Assembly: GCA_900553855.1 (NCBI GenBank)
Contig: USFG01000003.1
Location: 12,630 to 76,629, forward strand
Reading direction: 5' to 3'
Source: an uncultured Mycoplasmatota bacterium
GTDB lineage: Bacteria; Bacillota_I; Bacilli_A; RF39; UBA660
Length of the DNA: 64,000 nt
The translations under genes were made by a program, and so were the position numbers. This document shows, piece by piece, positions 45,327-54,416 of this stretch (position 1 is its first letter; each line of letters begins with the position of its first letter). The notes under the pieces were generated by a model. It made no database searches. It was not told where the DNA came from and was given only the letters and a program-made list of their open reading frames with translations.

Positions 45327-46268
45327 ATGAAATTAGATGTAATAATTCCTTGTTATAATGAAGAAGGAAATATATTAATATTAAACGATAAAATAAAAGA
45401 AGTATTAAATAATATTAATTATCAAATTATATATATAAATGATGGTAGTACGGATAATACTTATAATAAATTGGAAGAAATATATAAACAAGATAAAGAA
45501 CATGTAAAAGTTATTAATTTTAGTCGTAATTTTGGTAAGGATGCTGCTATGTATGCTGGAATGAGATATAGCACTAGTAAATACTGTGCTATTATAGATA
45601 GTGATATGCAACAAAATCCGAAGTATTTATTACAAATGTTAAATTTTTTAGAAAATAATCCAGATTATGATCAAGTATCAATGATTAATAAAGATAGATC
45701 TAATGATAATTTTTTTGTTAAAACTTTAAAGAAGATTTTTTATAAATTTATTAATTTAATAAGTGATACTAACTTTAAAGAAGATGCATCGGATTTTAGG
45801 ATGTTTAGTAAAAGTGCTAAAGAGGCTGTATTAAATTTAGGAGAAATAAATAGATTTTCTAAAGGTATATTTTCTTGGATTGGTTTTAAAACTAAATATT
45901 TAGAATATAAGGTTGAGAAAAGATATTCTGGTACTTCTAAATTTAATTTAACTAATTCTTTTAGATATGCTTTTAATGGCATTGTTAATTTTAGTACTAA
46001 ACCACTTAGACTTGCAACTGTAACTGGGTTACTTACTTCAACAATCTCATTTATTTATTTTATAGTAATGATTTTAGAAACGTTAATTAGGGGTAATAAT
46101 GTACCTGGTTATCCATCTATTATATGTTTAATTTTAATATTAGGCGGAATAAACCTACTTGCAATTGGTATTGTTGGTGAGTATATTTCAAAAATATATT
46201 TAGAAATTAAAAAAAGACCTATATATATTACTAAGAATACATTAGGCTTTGATGAAGATGTTTTATAG
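45327..46268 (+). CDS. GT2 polyprenyl-phosphate glycosyltransferase (GtrB/CsbB-like)
   Basis: Motifs IIPCYNEE, NDGSTDNT, FSRNFGKDAA and DSDMQ, plus two C-terminal TM helices. This is the only sizeable plus-strand gene. Confidence 0.88.
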   Translation: MKLDVIIPCYNEEGNILILNDKIKEVLNNINYQIIYINDGSTDNTYNKLEEIYKQDKEHVKVINFSRNFGKDAAMYAGMRYSTSKYCAIIDSDMQQNPKYLLQMLNFLENNPDYDQVSMINKDRSNDNFFVKTLKKIFYKFINLISDTNFKEDASDFRMFSKSAKEAVLNLGEINRFSKGIFSWIGFKTKYLEYKVEKRYSGTSKFNLTNSFRYAFNGIVNFSTKPLRLATVTGLLTSTISFIYFIVMILETLIRGNNVPGYPSIICLILILGGINLLAIGIVGEYISKIYLEIKKRPIYITKNTLGFDEDVL

Positions 46269-46280
46269 CATCTTTTTTAT

Positions 46281-47426
46281 TTACTTGTTTTTTAAATCAT
46301 TTACATAATTAATTCTTTTATTTATTTCAAAAATTATTTTATTAATTCTTTCATTAGACATAAATGGATTTTTAGATAATATCTTTCCTACTTCTTTTGT
46401 AAATCCTTCTAATTTATTTATATCAAAGAAACTAAAATCTTTAACTAAATTAATTTGCATATTTTCATATTCTTCAAATGGCTTAGTTAAAAAGAATTCT
46501 CCAACGTATATATCATTTTCGTCATACCATAATGAACATCCATTATCAAATATTGGGGCAACTTTTATAAAATCTAAAGAGTTAATATCTCTTATTACTC
46601 CAAAGTTATTAAAATGTCTGTCTTTATTAGCTAAAATATAATCACAAACTATCATTTTATCAACTGATTTTCTAGAATCTTCTATTTTAAGTTCTTCTAA
46701 GCATCTTATGTAATGTTCGTATTTATTTTCATTTTCTTTAAATTCAAAATAATCATTGATTTTCCAGGCAGGTACTAATTCAGTATCTTTATTAATAAAA
46801 TTTTCACAGACTGATATAGCATTATTGTTTTCATAGATAATTTCATATTTAACATATTCATCTTCATTTAATAATCTTTCATACAATTTGGTAGCTATTA
46901 CTTCATTGTATGGTTCTTGATTTAAGATTTTACTACCTGCTTTAAGTAAATATCTTTTCCCGTTAATAATTTTCCATCTCTTGCTATAATTACCATTACT
47001 TGTCATATCTGGTGTATTTAAATTTAAATTCATAGGTGTTTTACCACCATTAAATAATATTTTTCCAATATCCTCAGAAAATTCATTATCAAAGAAATTA
47101 ATGTTTTCCCACAATATATTATCGTTAGGCTTTTTAACCCAATATTGATCTGATAATGATAAACAATATGCTTTAGCATCTAATAGATCGAAATTATCAT
47201 CAGAGATAAGTTCTTTTAATCCATTTCTTGATGCTGGTATTTGTCTATTTTTCCACCATTTATTAAACTCATTCTTATTTACTATTCCATCTTTTATTAG
47301 TCCGAAAGGCGCATATTTTAAATTATTAGGATAATTATAATCAAATTTTATAATTAGGTGTTCTTCTTCATCATACCAAAAATCAAAAACTTTATTATTT
47401 TTATTCATTAATGTATATTGCTTCAT
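46281..47426 (-). CDS. HipA-like Ser/Thr kinase (orphan; no HipB-like partner seen)
   Basis: Catalytic-loop-like ANKDRHFNNFGVIRD and PIFDNG. The N-terminal part has WWKNRQIPASR. Start at ATG 47426 behind AAAGAGGAG. Confidence 0.7.
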   Translation of the reverse strand: MKQYTLMNKNNKVFDFWYDEEEHLIIKFDYNYPNNLKYAPFGLIKDGIVNKNEFNKWWKNRQIPASRNGLKELISDDNFDLLDAKAYCLSLSDQYWVKKPNDNILWENINFFDNEFSEDIGKILFNGGKTPMNLNLNTPDMTSNGNYSKRWKIINGKRYLLKAGSKILNQEPYNEVIATKLYERLLNEDEYVKYEIIYENNNAISVCENFINKDTELVPAWKINDYFEFKENENKYEHYIRCLEELKIEDSRKSVDKMIVCDYILANKDRHFNNFGVIRDINSLDFIKVAPIFDNGCSLWYDENDIYVGEFFLTKPFEEYENMQINLVKDFSFFDINKLEGFTKEVGKILSKNPFMSNERINKIIFEINKRINYVNDLKNK

Positions 47427-47466
47427 AATTGCTCCTCTTTTCATTAAAAATATTATATCAAATACT

Positions 47467-47501
47467 TAAAAAAACTTATATACTCTTCATGAATATATAA
47501 G
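47467..47501 (-). terminator. Rho-independent terminator after cotE
   Basis: 8-bp stem CTTATATA/TATATAAG (47475-47482 / 47494-47501) followed by T7 on the minus strand. Confidence 0.5.
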
Positions 47502-47514
47502 ACTTTTTAGATAA

Positions 47515-48036
47515 TTAATTCTTTTTATTTAAATATTCTTCATCGATATTAATATCTTCTGTTACATTTGAATTATCTACTTCATAGTCATCATAATCAT
47601 CTAAAACATTGATTTTAACTTTTATATCTCCAACTATTTCTACGCCAAGTTCTTTTTCAACTTTTAGTTTTAAAGTATTTCCTTCAACTTCAACAGCACT
47701 GGCACTTGGAGCCGTTAAACTTCTAACTATTATTTCATTTGTATCAGTAATTTTATCTTTTAAATTAACATTTATAATATCACTGTAATTAAATGTCCTA
47801 GCTATAACATTTGTTTTGGTGTTGTTATCATATGAATACCAAATATTTACATCATATGATCCATTAACAGCAACTTTACCATTGGAATTATATCCTTTAA
47901 ATGTATGATTTATTACCCAACAACCTAAAACATTACTTATATTTTCTTCTAGCAAGATACTGTATTCGTCTGTACTTGTTTTTTTACTTTTACCGATAAC
48001 AGCTTTAGTAACTATTTCTTTATAATTATTATTCAT
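47515..48036 (-). CDS. cotE: Outer spore coat morphogenetic protein CotE
   Basis: Collinear with B. subtilis CotE: YKEIVTKAVIGKSKK, LGCWVINH, GSYDVNIWYSYDNNTKTNV, and an acidic C-terminal tail. Confidence 0.85.
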   Translation of the reverse strand: MNNNYKEIVTKAVIGKSKKTSTDEYSILLEENISNVLGCWVINHTFKGYNSNGKVAVNGSYDVNIWYSYDNNTKTNVIARTFNYSDIINVNLKDKITDTNEIIVRSLTAPSASAVEVEGNTLKLKVEKELGVEIVGDIKVKINVLDDYDDYEVDNSNVTEDINIDEEYLNKKN

Positions 48037-48093
48037 TCTATCACTCTCCTAATTTAAGATATGCATTTGTCTTATAAAAAGTGATATTAACCC

Positions 48094-48122
48094 AAAAAGA
48101 AAAGGATAATTTTATTTATCCT
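48094..48122 (-). terminator. Rho-independent terminator after 48122..49429
   Basis: Stem AGGATAA/TTATCCT (48103-48109 / 48116-48122) followed by a T-rich tract on the minus strand. Confidence 0.45.
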
Positions 48123-49429
48123 TAGTATTTGTAACAATAGTTTTTATTACTGTGTAAGGTATATCCGGAATCGCAGGAATATGTAGTTTTTATTCCTCCG
48201 TCTTGATAACATTTTTTGCTAAGTCCTCCGCCTTCCCATCCGCTTGGACAACACCATTTTACTGCGGTCCCTATATGTCCACATTGAACTCCAATAGTTT
48301 CATTTGTTATTGGTGTTTCTTCTTTTAAGGATTTTTTCACTGTAATAGAACATTGATTTGTCTTTTCTCTTACATCTTTTACATAGTATGTATAAATATT
48401 TGCATCTGTATCTGATTCAAATACGATTTCTTTAGAAATATCATTACCTCCCTCATATTTGTCGTTCCATCCTTGATAAACAATACCTAATTTTCCTTTA
48501 GTAGTTGCTTCTATTAAGTTTGACTCTGAATTTATGTTTAGATTGCAAGTTGTTGTGAAATCTGAATAGTTAATTTGATTTTTCTTTAATAAATATCCGG
48601 TATTAGCTGTTACAGCTTTTGAAAGTGTTTTATCAGAATACCAAATTGCTACTTCATTGTTATAAACCATTTCTGGGATAGTTCCATATGTATCTTTTAC
48701 ATCTACTTCTTTTTGACATTTACTACCATTTCGTTCATATCCATCTGATGATTTGCAGGTGTCATCCGTCCATGTATCATTACCTTCAAGATCAAACGCT
48801 ACTGTGTAAGATAATATATTTTGAGCATTAGTATATGTAATAGCGGTAATTGATGCATTAAAAGTATCATCTTCATATGTAGAATCTTTATCTATCCATA
48901 AAATTATACTGTATGTTTTTTTGTTTGATTCGCCTGTACCAAATGTTTTTCCAGCTGTTAATAATTTACCTGAATATTTAGATGAAATAGTATCATTATT
49001 GTCTAATATTTCTGATAATTTTGCTATAGCATAATTAGGATTAGTACAGTTTTCATCATCACAGGTTGCGAACGCTACTTTTATTGTATCTTCTGGAGCT
49101 GAAGTTTGATATTCTAAATTTAAATAATATTCTAAATCAATTTTATTATTATTAGTTAGAGTGAATTGATATGGCGTACAACTTAATCCTTCAGTATCGG
49201 AAATTGGATAATTTTTACATAAAGATAGACTTCCACTTACATTACTGATTTCTAAATTAATATTTGATGCTTTAACTGCTACATCATTATTACTATTGTC
49301 TCCATTTAAATTTACGATATAATAAGCATAACTACTTCCTATAATTAAGACAATTAGTCCTAATAAAATAGAAACTGATAATAAAATATATTGTTTATTA
49401 AACCACTTACTTTTTTTCATGATTATCAC
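48122..49429 (-). CDS. TasA/camelysin-like-signal secreted protein with Cys-rich C-terminus
   Basis: The N-terminus is TM + GSSYAYYIVN, followed by beta-sandwich-like VAVKASNINLEISN...YQFTLTNNNKIDLEYYLNL. The C-terminus is CGHIGTAVKWCCPSGWEGGG..CYQDGG..SCDSGY..YCYKY. Confidence 0.6.
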   Translation of the reverse strand: MIIMKKSKWFNKQYILLSVSILLGLIVLIIGSSYAYYIVNLNGDNSNNDVAVKASNINLEISNVSGSLSLCKNYPISDTEGLSCTPYQFTLTNNNKIDLEYYLNLEYQTSAPEDTIKVAFATCDDENCTNPNYAIAKLSEILDNNDTISSKYSGKLLTAGKTFGTGESNKKTYSIILWIDKDSTYEDDTFNASITAITYTNAQNILSYTVAFDLEGNDTWTDDTCKSSDGYERNGSKCQKEVDVKDTYGTIPEMVYNNEVAIWYSDKTLSKAVTANTGYLLKKNQINYSDFTTTCNLNINSESNLIEATTKGKLGIVYQGWNDKYEGGNDISKEIVFESDTDANIYTYYVKDVREKTNQCSITVKKSLKEETPITNETIGVQCGHIGTAVKWCCPSGWEGGGLSKKCYQDGGIKTTYSCDSGYTLHSNKNYCYKY

Positions 49430-49489
49430 CTTATTTTTTCTATTAAAAATATATCATAAGTTAATAATAAATTCAATTTGGATTTACAT

Positions 49490-49530
49490 AAAAAAGAAAA
49501 GTGATTAAAAAATTTTACAATTAATCACTT
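49490..49530 (-). terminator. Rho-independent terminator of the ftsEX-M23 operon
   Basis: 10-bp stem AAGTGATTAA/TTAATCACTT (49499-49508 / 49521-49530) followed by a T-rich tract on the minus strand. Confidence 0.5.
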
Positions 49531-50720
49531 TATCTACTATACCAATATGTATATTTATTTGGTAAATTTAATGTTTTCTTAGCATCAAATAAATTACTTA
49601 ACCATGTACTATATGAAGTATATGTTGATCCATACCAACCATTTGCTAACATAAAGTGTAAGTGGGCACCGGTTGAACAGCTTTCCCAGCTTTGAGTTCT
49701 TCTTCCACCACCAACATGACCTATAACAGTTTCACTTGTTACTTTGTCTCCTACTTTAACATTGATATTTAATAAATGCATATAACCAGATGTATATTTT
49801 TTTCCATTAATTGTATGATAAATATAGACTTGTCTACCGCCACATATTTTTTTACTTGTATTATCTATAATCATTCCAACAACACCATTTGCAGTAGCAT
49901 AAACATTGGTTCCTTCAGGGTTACCTCCAATATCTGTACCACTATGGAAGTTATTCTTTCCAGTAATAGGATGAATACGATATCCAAAATAACTAGTAAT
50001 TGTTCCTTTAATTAATGGTTTTCTAAATCCAGTATCTCCTTTAACAGATACACATTCATTTAAATCTTGATTATCTTTACATCCTAATCCCTGATAATAT
50101 TTAACTAAAGAATCTATACCATCAATTTGTTCTTGAATATCCATAACTATATCACTAATTTTTTCTAAATCAGTACCAAGTGAATCAATTTCTTTTTCTA
50201 AGGAAGATATTTTGTTATTAAGTTCTTCCTCTTGTTTAGCTAAATCAACTTGTAACTGTTCATTGTATGTTACTTTTTCGTTCCAAGATTCTATTTGACT
50301 ATTATTGTATCCTAATATTTGATTTACAACTTCAAAGCGATATACTAAATCAGCATATGTTTGAGCTTCAAAAATATATTCTAAATATATATTATCGCCT
50401 TGTAATAATTCATAAGAATTTATTAATTTTTTAATACTTTCCTTAGTACTAGCAATATCTTTATTTAATTCTTCAATTTCCTTTCTAGCGTTTTCAATCT
50501 TTTCTCTATTTTGAGTTATTTCCTTTTGAGAATTATATATATTAGTACGAGCACTTTCTATTTCATTATTAGTTCTTTTCTTTTCATATTCTTGATTAGC
50601 TTTCTTAGACTTTAAAGAAGCAAGTTCTTTTTTTAACTCTCCTAAAGTTCTTGCATTAGTAGCAAATACATTTGGGATAAATAATATTAATGAAATAAAT
50701 ATAATAATTATCTTTCTCAT
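49530..50720 (-). CDS. Coiled-coil M23/LytM metalloendopeptidase (FtsEX-associated, EnvC/PcsB-like arrangement)
   Basis: Signal peptide, a ~200-aa coiled coil, and a LytM domain with intact HSGTDIG (HxxxD) and AHLHF (HxH). Has a 4-nt overlap with ftsX. Confidence 0.85.
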   Translation of the reverse strand: MRKIIIIFISLILFIPNVFATNARTLGELKKELASLKSKKANQEYEKKRTNNEIESARTNIYNSQKEITQNREKIENARKEIEELNKDIASTKESIKKLINSYELLQGDNIYLEYIFEAQTYADLVYRFEVVNQILGYNNSQIESWNEKVTYNEQLQVDLAKQEEELNNKISSLEKEIDSLGTDLEKISDIVMDIQEQIDGIDSLVKYYQGLGCKDNQDLNECVSVKGDTGFRKPLIKGTITSYFGYRIHPITGKNNFHSGTDIGGNPEGTNVYATANGVVGMIIDNTSKKICGGRQVYIYHTINGKKYTSGYMHLLNINVKVGDKVTSETVIGHVGGGRRTQSWESCSTGAHLHFMLANGWYGSTYTSYSTWLSNLFDAKKTLNLPNKYTYWYSR

Positions 50721-51625
50721 ATTGTTAAATACTTTCTAACAGCCTTAACTGATGAGAACGCTCCTATGACTGTACCAATTAATATTAATAATAATGATAC
50801 TTTATAAATAACTTCACCGGGACTTACTAATGTTAATATGTTCATTATATTGGATAGGTTAACAGTATTTAAGGCATTATAAGCATATGAATAACCAAAT
50901 ATTGTAATTAATACTGGTACTAAACTACCTATAAATCCAATAAAGAATCCTTCAATAAAGAATGGTAATTTAATAACTATATTACTTGTTCCTACTAATC
51001 TCATGATGTCTATTTCTCTTTTTCGAGAGAAGATGGTTATTTTAATTGTATTATTAATTAAGAAAGCAGTTACTAAAATTAGTCCAACTACTAATCCAAT
51101 GGTTATTTTTTTAACAGCACTAAATACTTTAATTAAATCATTAACAGTTGTTTCGCCATATTTAACTAAAGATACTTTTTCCATATTTTTAATAGTTGTT
51201 GCTGTTTCGTTAATATCTTTAATATCTTTTACTTCAATTATAAATGAATCTTGAAGAGGATTTTCTCCTTCTTCCCAAGTACTTATTATTTTATTAAATG
51301 TATCATTTTCATTAGCCATATTATTTTTTATTTCTTCTTTAGATTTGAAGGTAACATGTTTAACATTGTCTATATTATTTAAATCTTCTTTGGTTTTATT
51401 TAATTCATCTGTTGTAATATTTTTATCCATGAATATAACTATTGTTAGTTCGTTTTCGATATTTTTGGTTATGTTATTAATGTTATAGGAAAGTAACATT
51501 CCGATTGATACTAATATCAATGTTATAATTGAACAGGTAATTGAAGCCATACTTAAACTAAAATTACGTAATATGCTTTTACCGGCGTTTTGAATGCTTC
51601 TACCAATAATTCTAAATATCCTCAT
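50717..51625 (-). CDS. ftsX: Cell division permease-like protein FtsX
   Basis: 302 aa. TM1, a large external loop, then three C-terminal TM helices. Overlaps ftsE by 14 nt. Confidence 0.88.
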   Translation of the reverse strand: MRIFRIIGRSIQNAGKSILRNFSLSMASITCSIITLILVSIGMLLSYNINNITKNIENELTIVIFMDKNITTDELNKTKEDLNNIDNVKHVTFKSKEEIKNNMANENDTFNKIISTWEEGENPLQDSFIIEVKDIKDINETATTIKNMEKVSLVKYGETTVNDLIKVFSAVKKITIGLVVGLILVTAFLINNTIKITIFSRKREIDIMRLVGTSNIVIKLPFFIEGFFIGFIGSLVPVLITIFGYSYAYNALNTVNLSNIMNILTLVSPGEVIYKVSLLLILIGTVIGAFSSVKAVRKYLTI

Positions 51626-52313
51626 TTACTTTATACCTTCCTTTCGCATAATCGCCACTAATTAATCCATTCTTAATTACGATTACTCTTTTTTTCATTC
51701 TATTAACTATATCTTGATCATGGGTTGCCATAACAACTGTTGTACCTGTTTCTTTATTGATTTTATCAATTACATCCATGATTTCTTTACTTGTTTCGGG
51801 ATCTAGATTACCAGTTGGCTCATCGCAAATTAATAATTTAGGTTTATTAACTATTGCTCTAGCAATACATACTCTTTGTTGTTCTCCTCCTGATAATTCA
51901 TAGGGAAATGATCTTGTTTTATTAGATAGTCCTACTTGTTCTAGGGCATCTAGTACCATTGGTCTTATTTCCTTTGAACTTAATCCATAACTTTCTAATG
52001 GATAAGAAACATTTTCATAAACTGTTAATTTAGGAAGTAACTTATAATCTTGGAATACAATACCTATTTTTCTTCTTAATTTATATATTTTACTGTTTCT
52101 TAACTTGGCTACGTTTACCCCGCCAACTGTTACATTTCCTTTACTTGGCTTTTCTTCACGATAAAGTAATTTAATTAAAGTTGATTTACCAGATGCGGTT
52201 TGTCCAATAATAAAGCAAAAATCGCCTTTTTTTATTTTTAAATTTACTCCAGCAAGACCGGTAACTCCATTTTTGTATATTTTATAAACATCTTTAAGTT
52301 CTATAAATTCCAT
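51612..52313 (-). CDS. ftsE: Cell division ATP-binding protein FtsE
   Basis: Walker A GQTASGKST, ABC signature LSGGEQQRV and Walker B LLICDEPT. Start taken at ATG 52313; the track ORF extends to a TTG at 52343. Confidence 0.9.
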   Translation of the reverse strand: MEFIELKDVYKIYKNGVTGLAGVNLKIKKGDFCFIIGQTASGKSTLIKLLYREEKPSKGNVTVGGVNVAKLRNSKIYKLRRKIGIVFQDYKLLPKLTVYENVSYPLESYGLSSKEIRPMVLDALEQVGLSNKTRSFPYELSGGEQQRVCIARAIVNKPKLLICDEPTGNLDPETSKEIMDVIDKINKETGTTVVMATHDQDIVNRMKKRVIVIKNGLISGDYAKGRYKVNEDI

Positions 52314-52421
52314 TAAAACATCTCTACTTTCTATAGTAAACAATTAAATTATATCATATTTTGACATATTTTGTGTACCAATTTATGGTTCTTTACATTT
52401 TGAATCAAAAAAAGACTATTT

Positions 52422-53483
52422 CTAGTCCTTATGATCTATTAGATTTACATTGTTAATTGAGTCAAATCTTTTGGTAATTTTTTCGGTTGTTGTATGAATA
52501 TCTTCAACATCCTTGCTTACTGTGTTAATACTTCTTGATAATTTATCCCATCTTTCACGATATCTACCAAATTCAATTCCTAATTTAGTTAATTCTTCGT
52601 GAATAACTTTAGCATATTTATCTCTTTCAATATTCATAACTACCATATTTATAATTGTTAAGGTACTCATTAATGTTGTTGGCCCTGCTATCCATACGTT
52701 TGATTTATAGGAATACTCTAAAAGATCAGGATGATATGCATTAATTTCAGCAAATATTGCTTCAGCAGGTAAGAATAAAATTGCTTCAGGAGCGGTTTCA
52801 CCCGGTATGATATATTTGGTTCTAATAGCATCAATATGTTTTTTTACATCAACTTTGAATGCTTTTAAAGCTTCATCTCTTTCAGTTTTTGGTAAATTAC
52901 GGTCTGTCATAATTTCATAATGTTCTAAAGGAAATTTTGAATCTATACAAATAGTTCCAATTGGGTTTGGAGCATAAACAACTGCATCAGCAATAGATCC
53001 ATTTTTCATTGTAACTTGGGTATTATATACTTTTTTTACATCCCCAAATACACTTGATAAGATATAATTTAAGTTTGTTTCACCAAAAATCCCTCTTGTC
53101 TTTTTATCAGTTAAAACAGATTGTAAACTAATAATATCTCGACTTAAATTATCAATTTTCTTTTGAGCTTCATCTATTTTACCAATTCTTTCTAAGACAG
53201 CACCAAAAGTTTTATTAGTCTTTTCAAAATTAATATCTAATCTTTCATTAACTTTATCGTTTATGTAATTAAGTCTTTGCTCTATAACCATGTTTGTTTC
53301 TTTGAAATCTTTATCAATATCTTTACTAAATTCATATTTAAAATCACCTAATGATTTGGTAAAGTTTGTTTCGAGTTTTCCTATTCTTTCTATCATTTCA
53401 TTATTATTATTTTTTCTTAATAAAGAAATAATTAATAATATAATAACGATTACTAATAAACCAATAATAATATATTCTAACAT
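52422..53483 (-). CDS. rmuC: DNA recombination protein RmuC
   Basis: N-terminal TM helix, a coiled coil, and an RmuC nuclease-like domain (RGIFGE..L..IL, DAVVY.P....ICIDSKFPLE). Confidence 0.85.
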   Translation of the reverse strand: MLEYIIIGLLVIVIILLIISLLRKNNNNEMIERIGKLETNFTKSLGDFKYEFSKDIDKDFKETNMVIEQRLNYINDKVNERLDINFEKTNKTFGAVLERIGKIDEAQKKIDNLSRDIISLQSVLTDKKTRGIFGETNLNYILSSVFGDVKKVYNTQVTMKNGSIADAVVYAPNPIGTICIDSKFPLEHYEIMTDRNLPKTERDEALKAFKVDVKKHIDAIRTKYIIPGETAPEAILFLPAEAIFAEINAYHPDLLEYSYKSNVWIAGPTTLMSTLTIINMVVMNIERDKYAKVIHEELTKLGIEFGRYRERWDKLSRSINTVSKDVEDIHTTTEKITKRFDSINNVNLIDHKD

Positions 53484-53489
53484 TTTACA

Positions 53490-54077
53490 CTACTCCATTC
53501 TTAATTTCTTACTTACTATTTTACTTATTATAAATGCGATTAACATAAACAAGCATATTTTTATTAGGGTAACTGGGTTATTTATACTTTCAATTAAACT
53601 AGTACCAATTAACTCCCAAAATAACACCAAAGATATTTTACCAATAAGGATACTTATTATAAATTTTTTCTTATCAATTCCAGCAAGTCCAGATGCGATA
53701 TTAACGAGAAATGCGGGAGTAAATGGCATCGCTATAATTAAGGATAATTCTTCTAACTTTAATTTTTGTATTTGTTTGGTAAACCTTTTTAATTTTCGAT
53801 GTTCCGTTTTGTCTAACATATTGTAATAATGTGTTTTTAACTTATTTGAACAAAATGAATATGATATATAACATCCTACACAGGTTAATACGTAACTTAT
53901 TATGAAACCAGGTATGTATCCCATATAATAGGCGTTTATTGCTATAAATAACGATAAAGGAAGAATTGGAAAAATACTTTCTATTATAATAAGAAAGCAT
54001 GCTAAAACAGGAGCAAACGCACCTAAATCATTCATAACATTTTCAACTATTGTATTTATAAATTCAAATATACTCAT
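53490..54077 (-). CDS. TVP38/TMEM64 (DedA/SNARE-associated) family membrane protein, YtxB-like
   Basis: Polytopic membrane protein with a VTT-domain pattern. Occupies the same relative position as B. subtilis ytxB between dnaI and thrS. Confidence 0.75.
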   Translation of the reverse strand: MSIFEFINTIVENVMNDLGAFAPVLACFLIIIESIFPILPLSLFIAINAYYMGYIPGFIISYVLTCVGCYISYSFCSNKLKTHYYNMLDKTEHRKLKRFTKQIQKLKLEELSLIIAMPFTPAFLVNIASGLAGIDKKKFIISILIGKISLVLFWELIGTSLIESINNPVTLIKICLFMLIAFIISKIVSKKLRME

Positions 54078-54125
54078 ATGTTAATTATAAATCAAAATCT
54101 AGTTTATTTAAAGAGTTATATTATA

Positions 54126-54155
54126 TAAAAAGAATCAACATTAAATTTGATTCTT
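54126..54155 (-). terminator. Rho-independent terminator after the rhodanese gene
   Basis: 9-bp stem AAGAATCAA/TTGATTCTT (54130-54138 / 54147-54155) overlapping the stop codon, followed by a T-run on the minus strand. Confidence 0.4.
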
Positions 54156-54374
54156 ATCATTTAAAACTAAAACTGTGTTATAACCATAAGCTGATAAAAT
54201 ACTTGCTACTTTTTTAGATTTAACTCCACCTTTACAATAGAAGTAATATTCTTTATCTTTACTTAAATATTTATAATGATTATTAAGTAAATTATCGTAT
54301 GGTTTAAATGACATATCTAAATTAATAAATACACCTTCATTATTATAATCTTTTATATTTATAACTCTCATCAT
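54141..54374 (-). CDS. Single-domain rhodanese-like protein
   Basis: 77 aa with an active-site-like loop YCKGGVKS. Confidence 0.7.
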   Translation of the reverse strand: MMRVINIKDYNNEGVFINLDMSFKPYDNLLNNHYKYLSKDKEYYFYCKGGVKSKKVASILSAYGYNTVLVLNDKNQI

Positions 54375-54416
54375 ACTATATTATATTAAGTAAATAAAAA
54401 AAGGTGAATAAATCAC

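Noticed and set aside
52398-52421. A terminator after rmuC (stem GACTA/TAGTC plus T7).
   Set aside because: The stem is only 5 bp. It is plausible but too weak to list as a feature.
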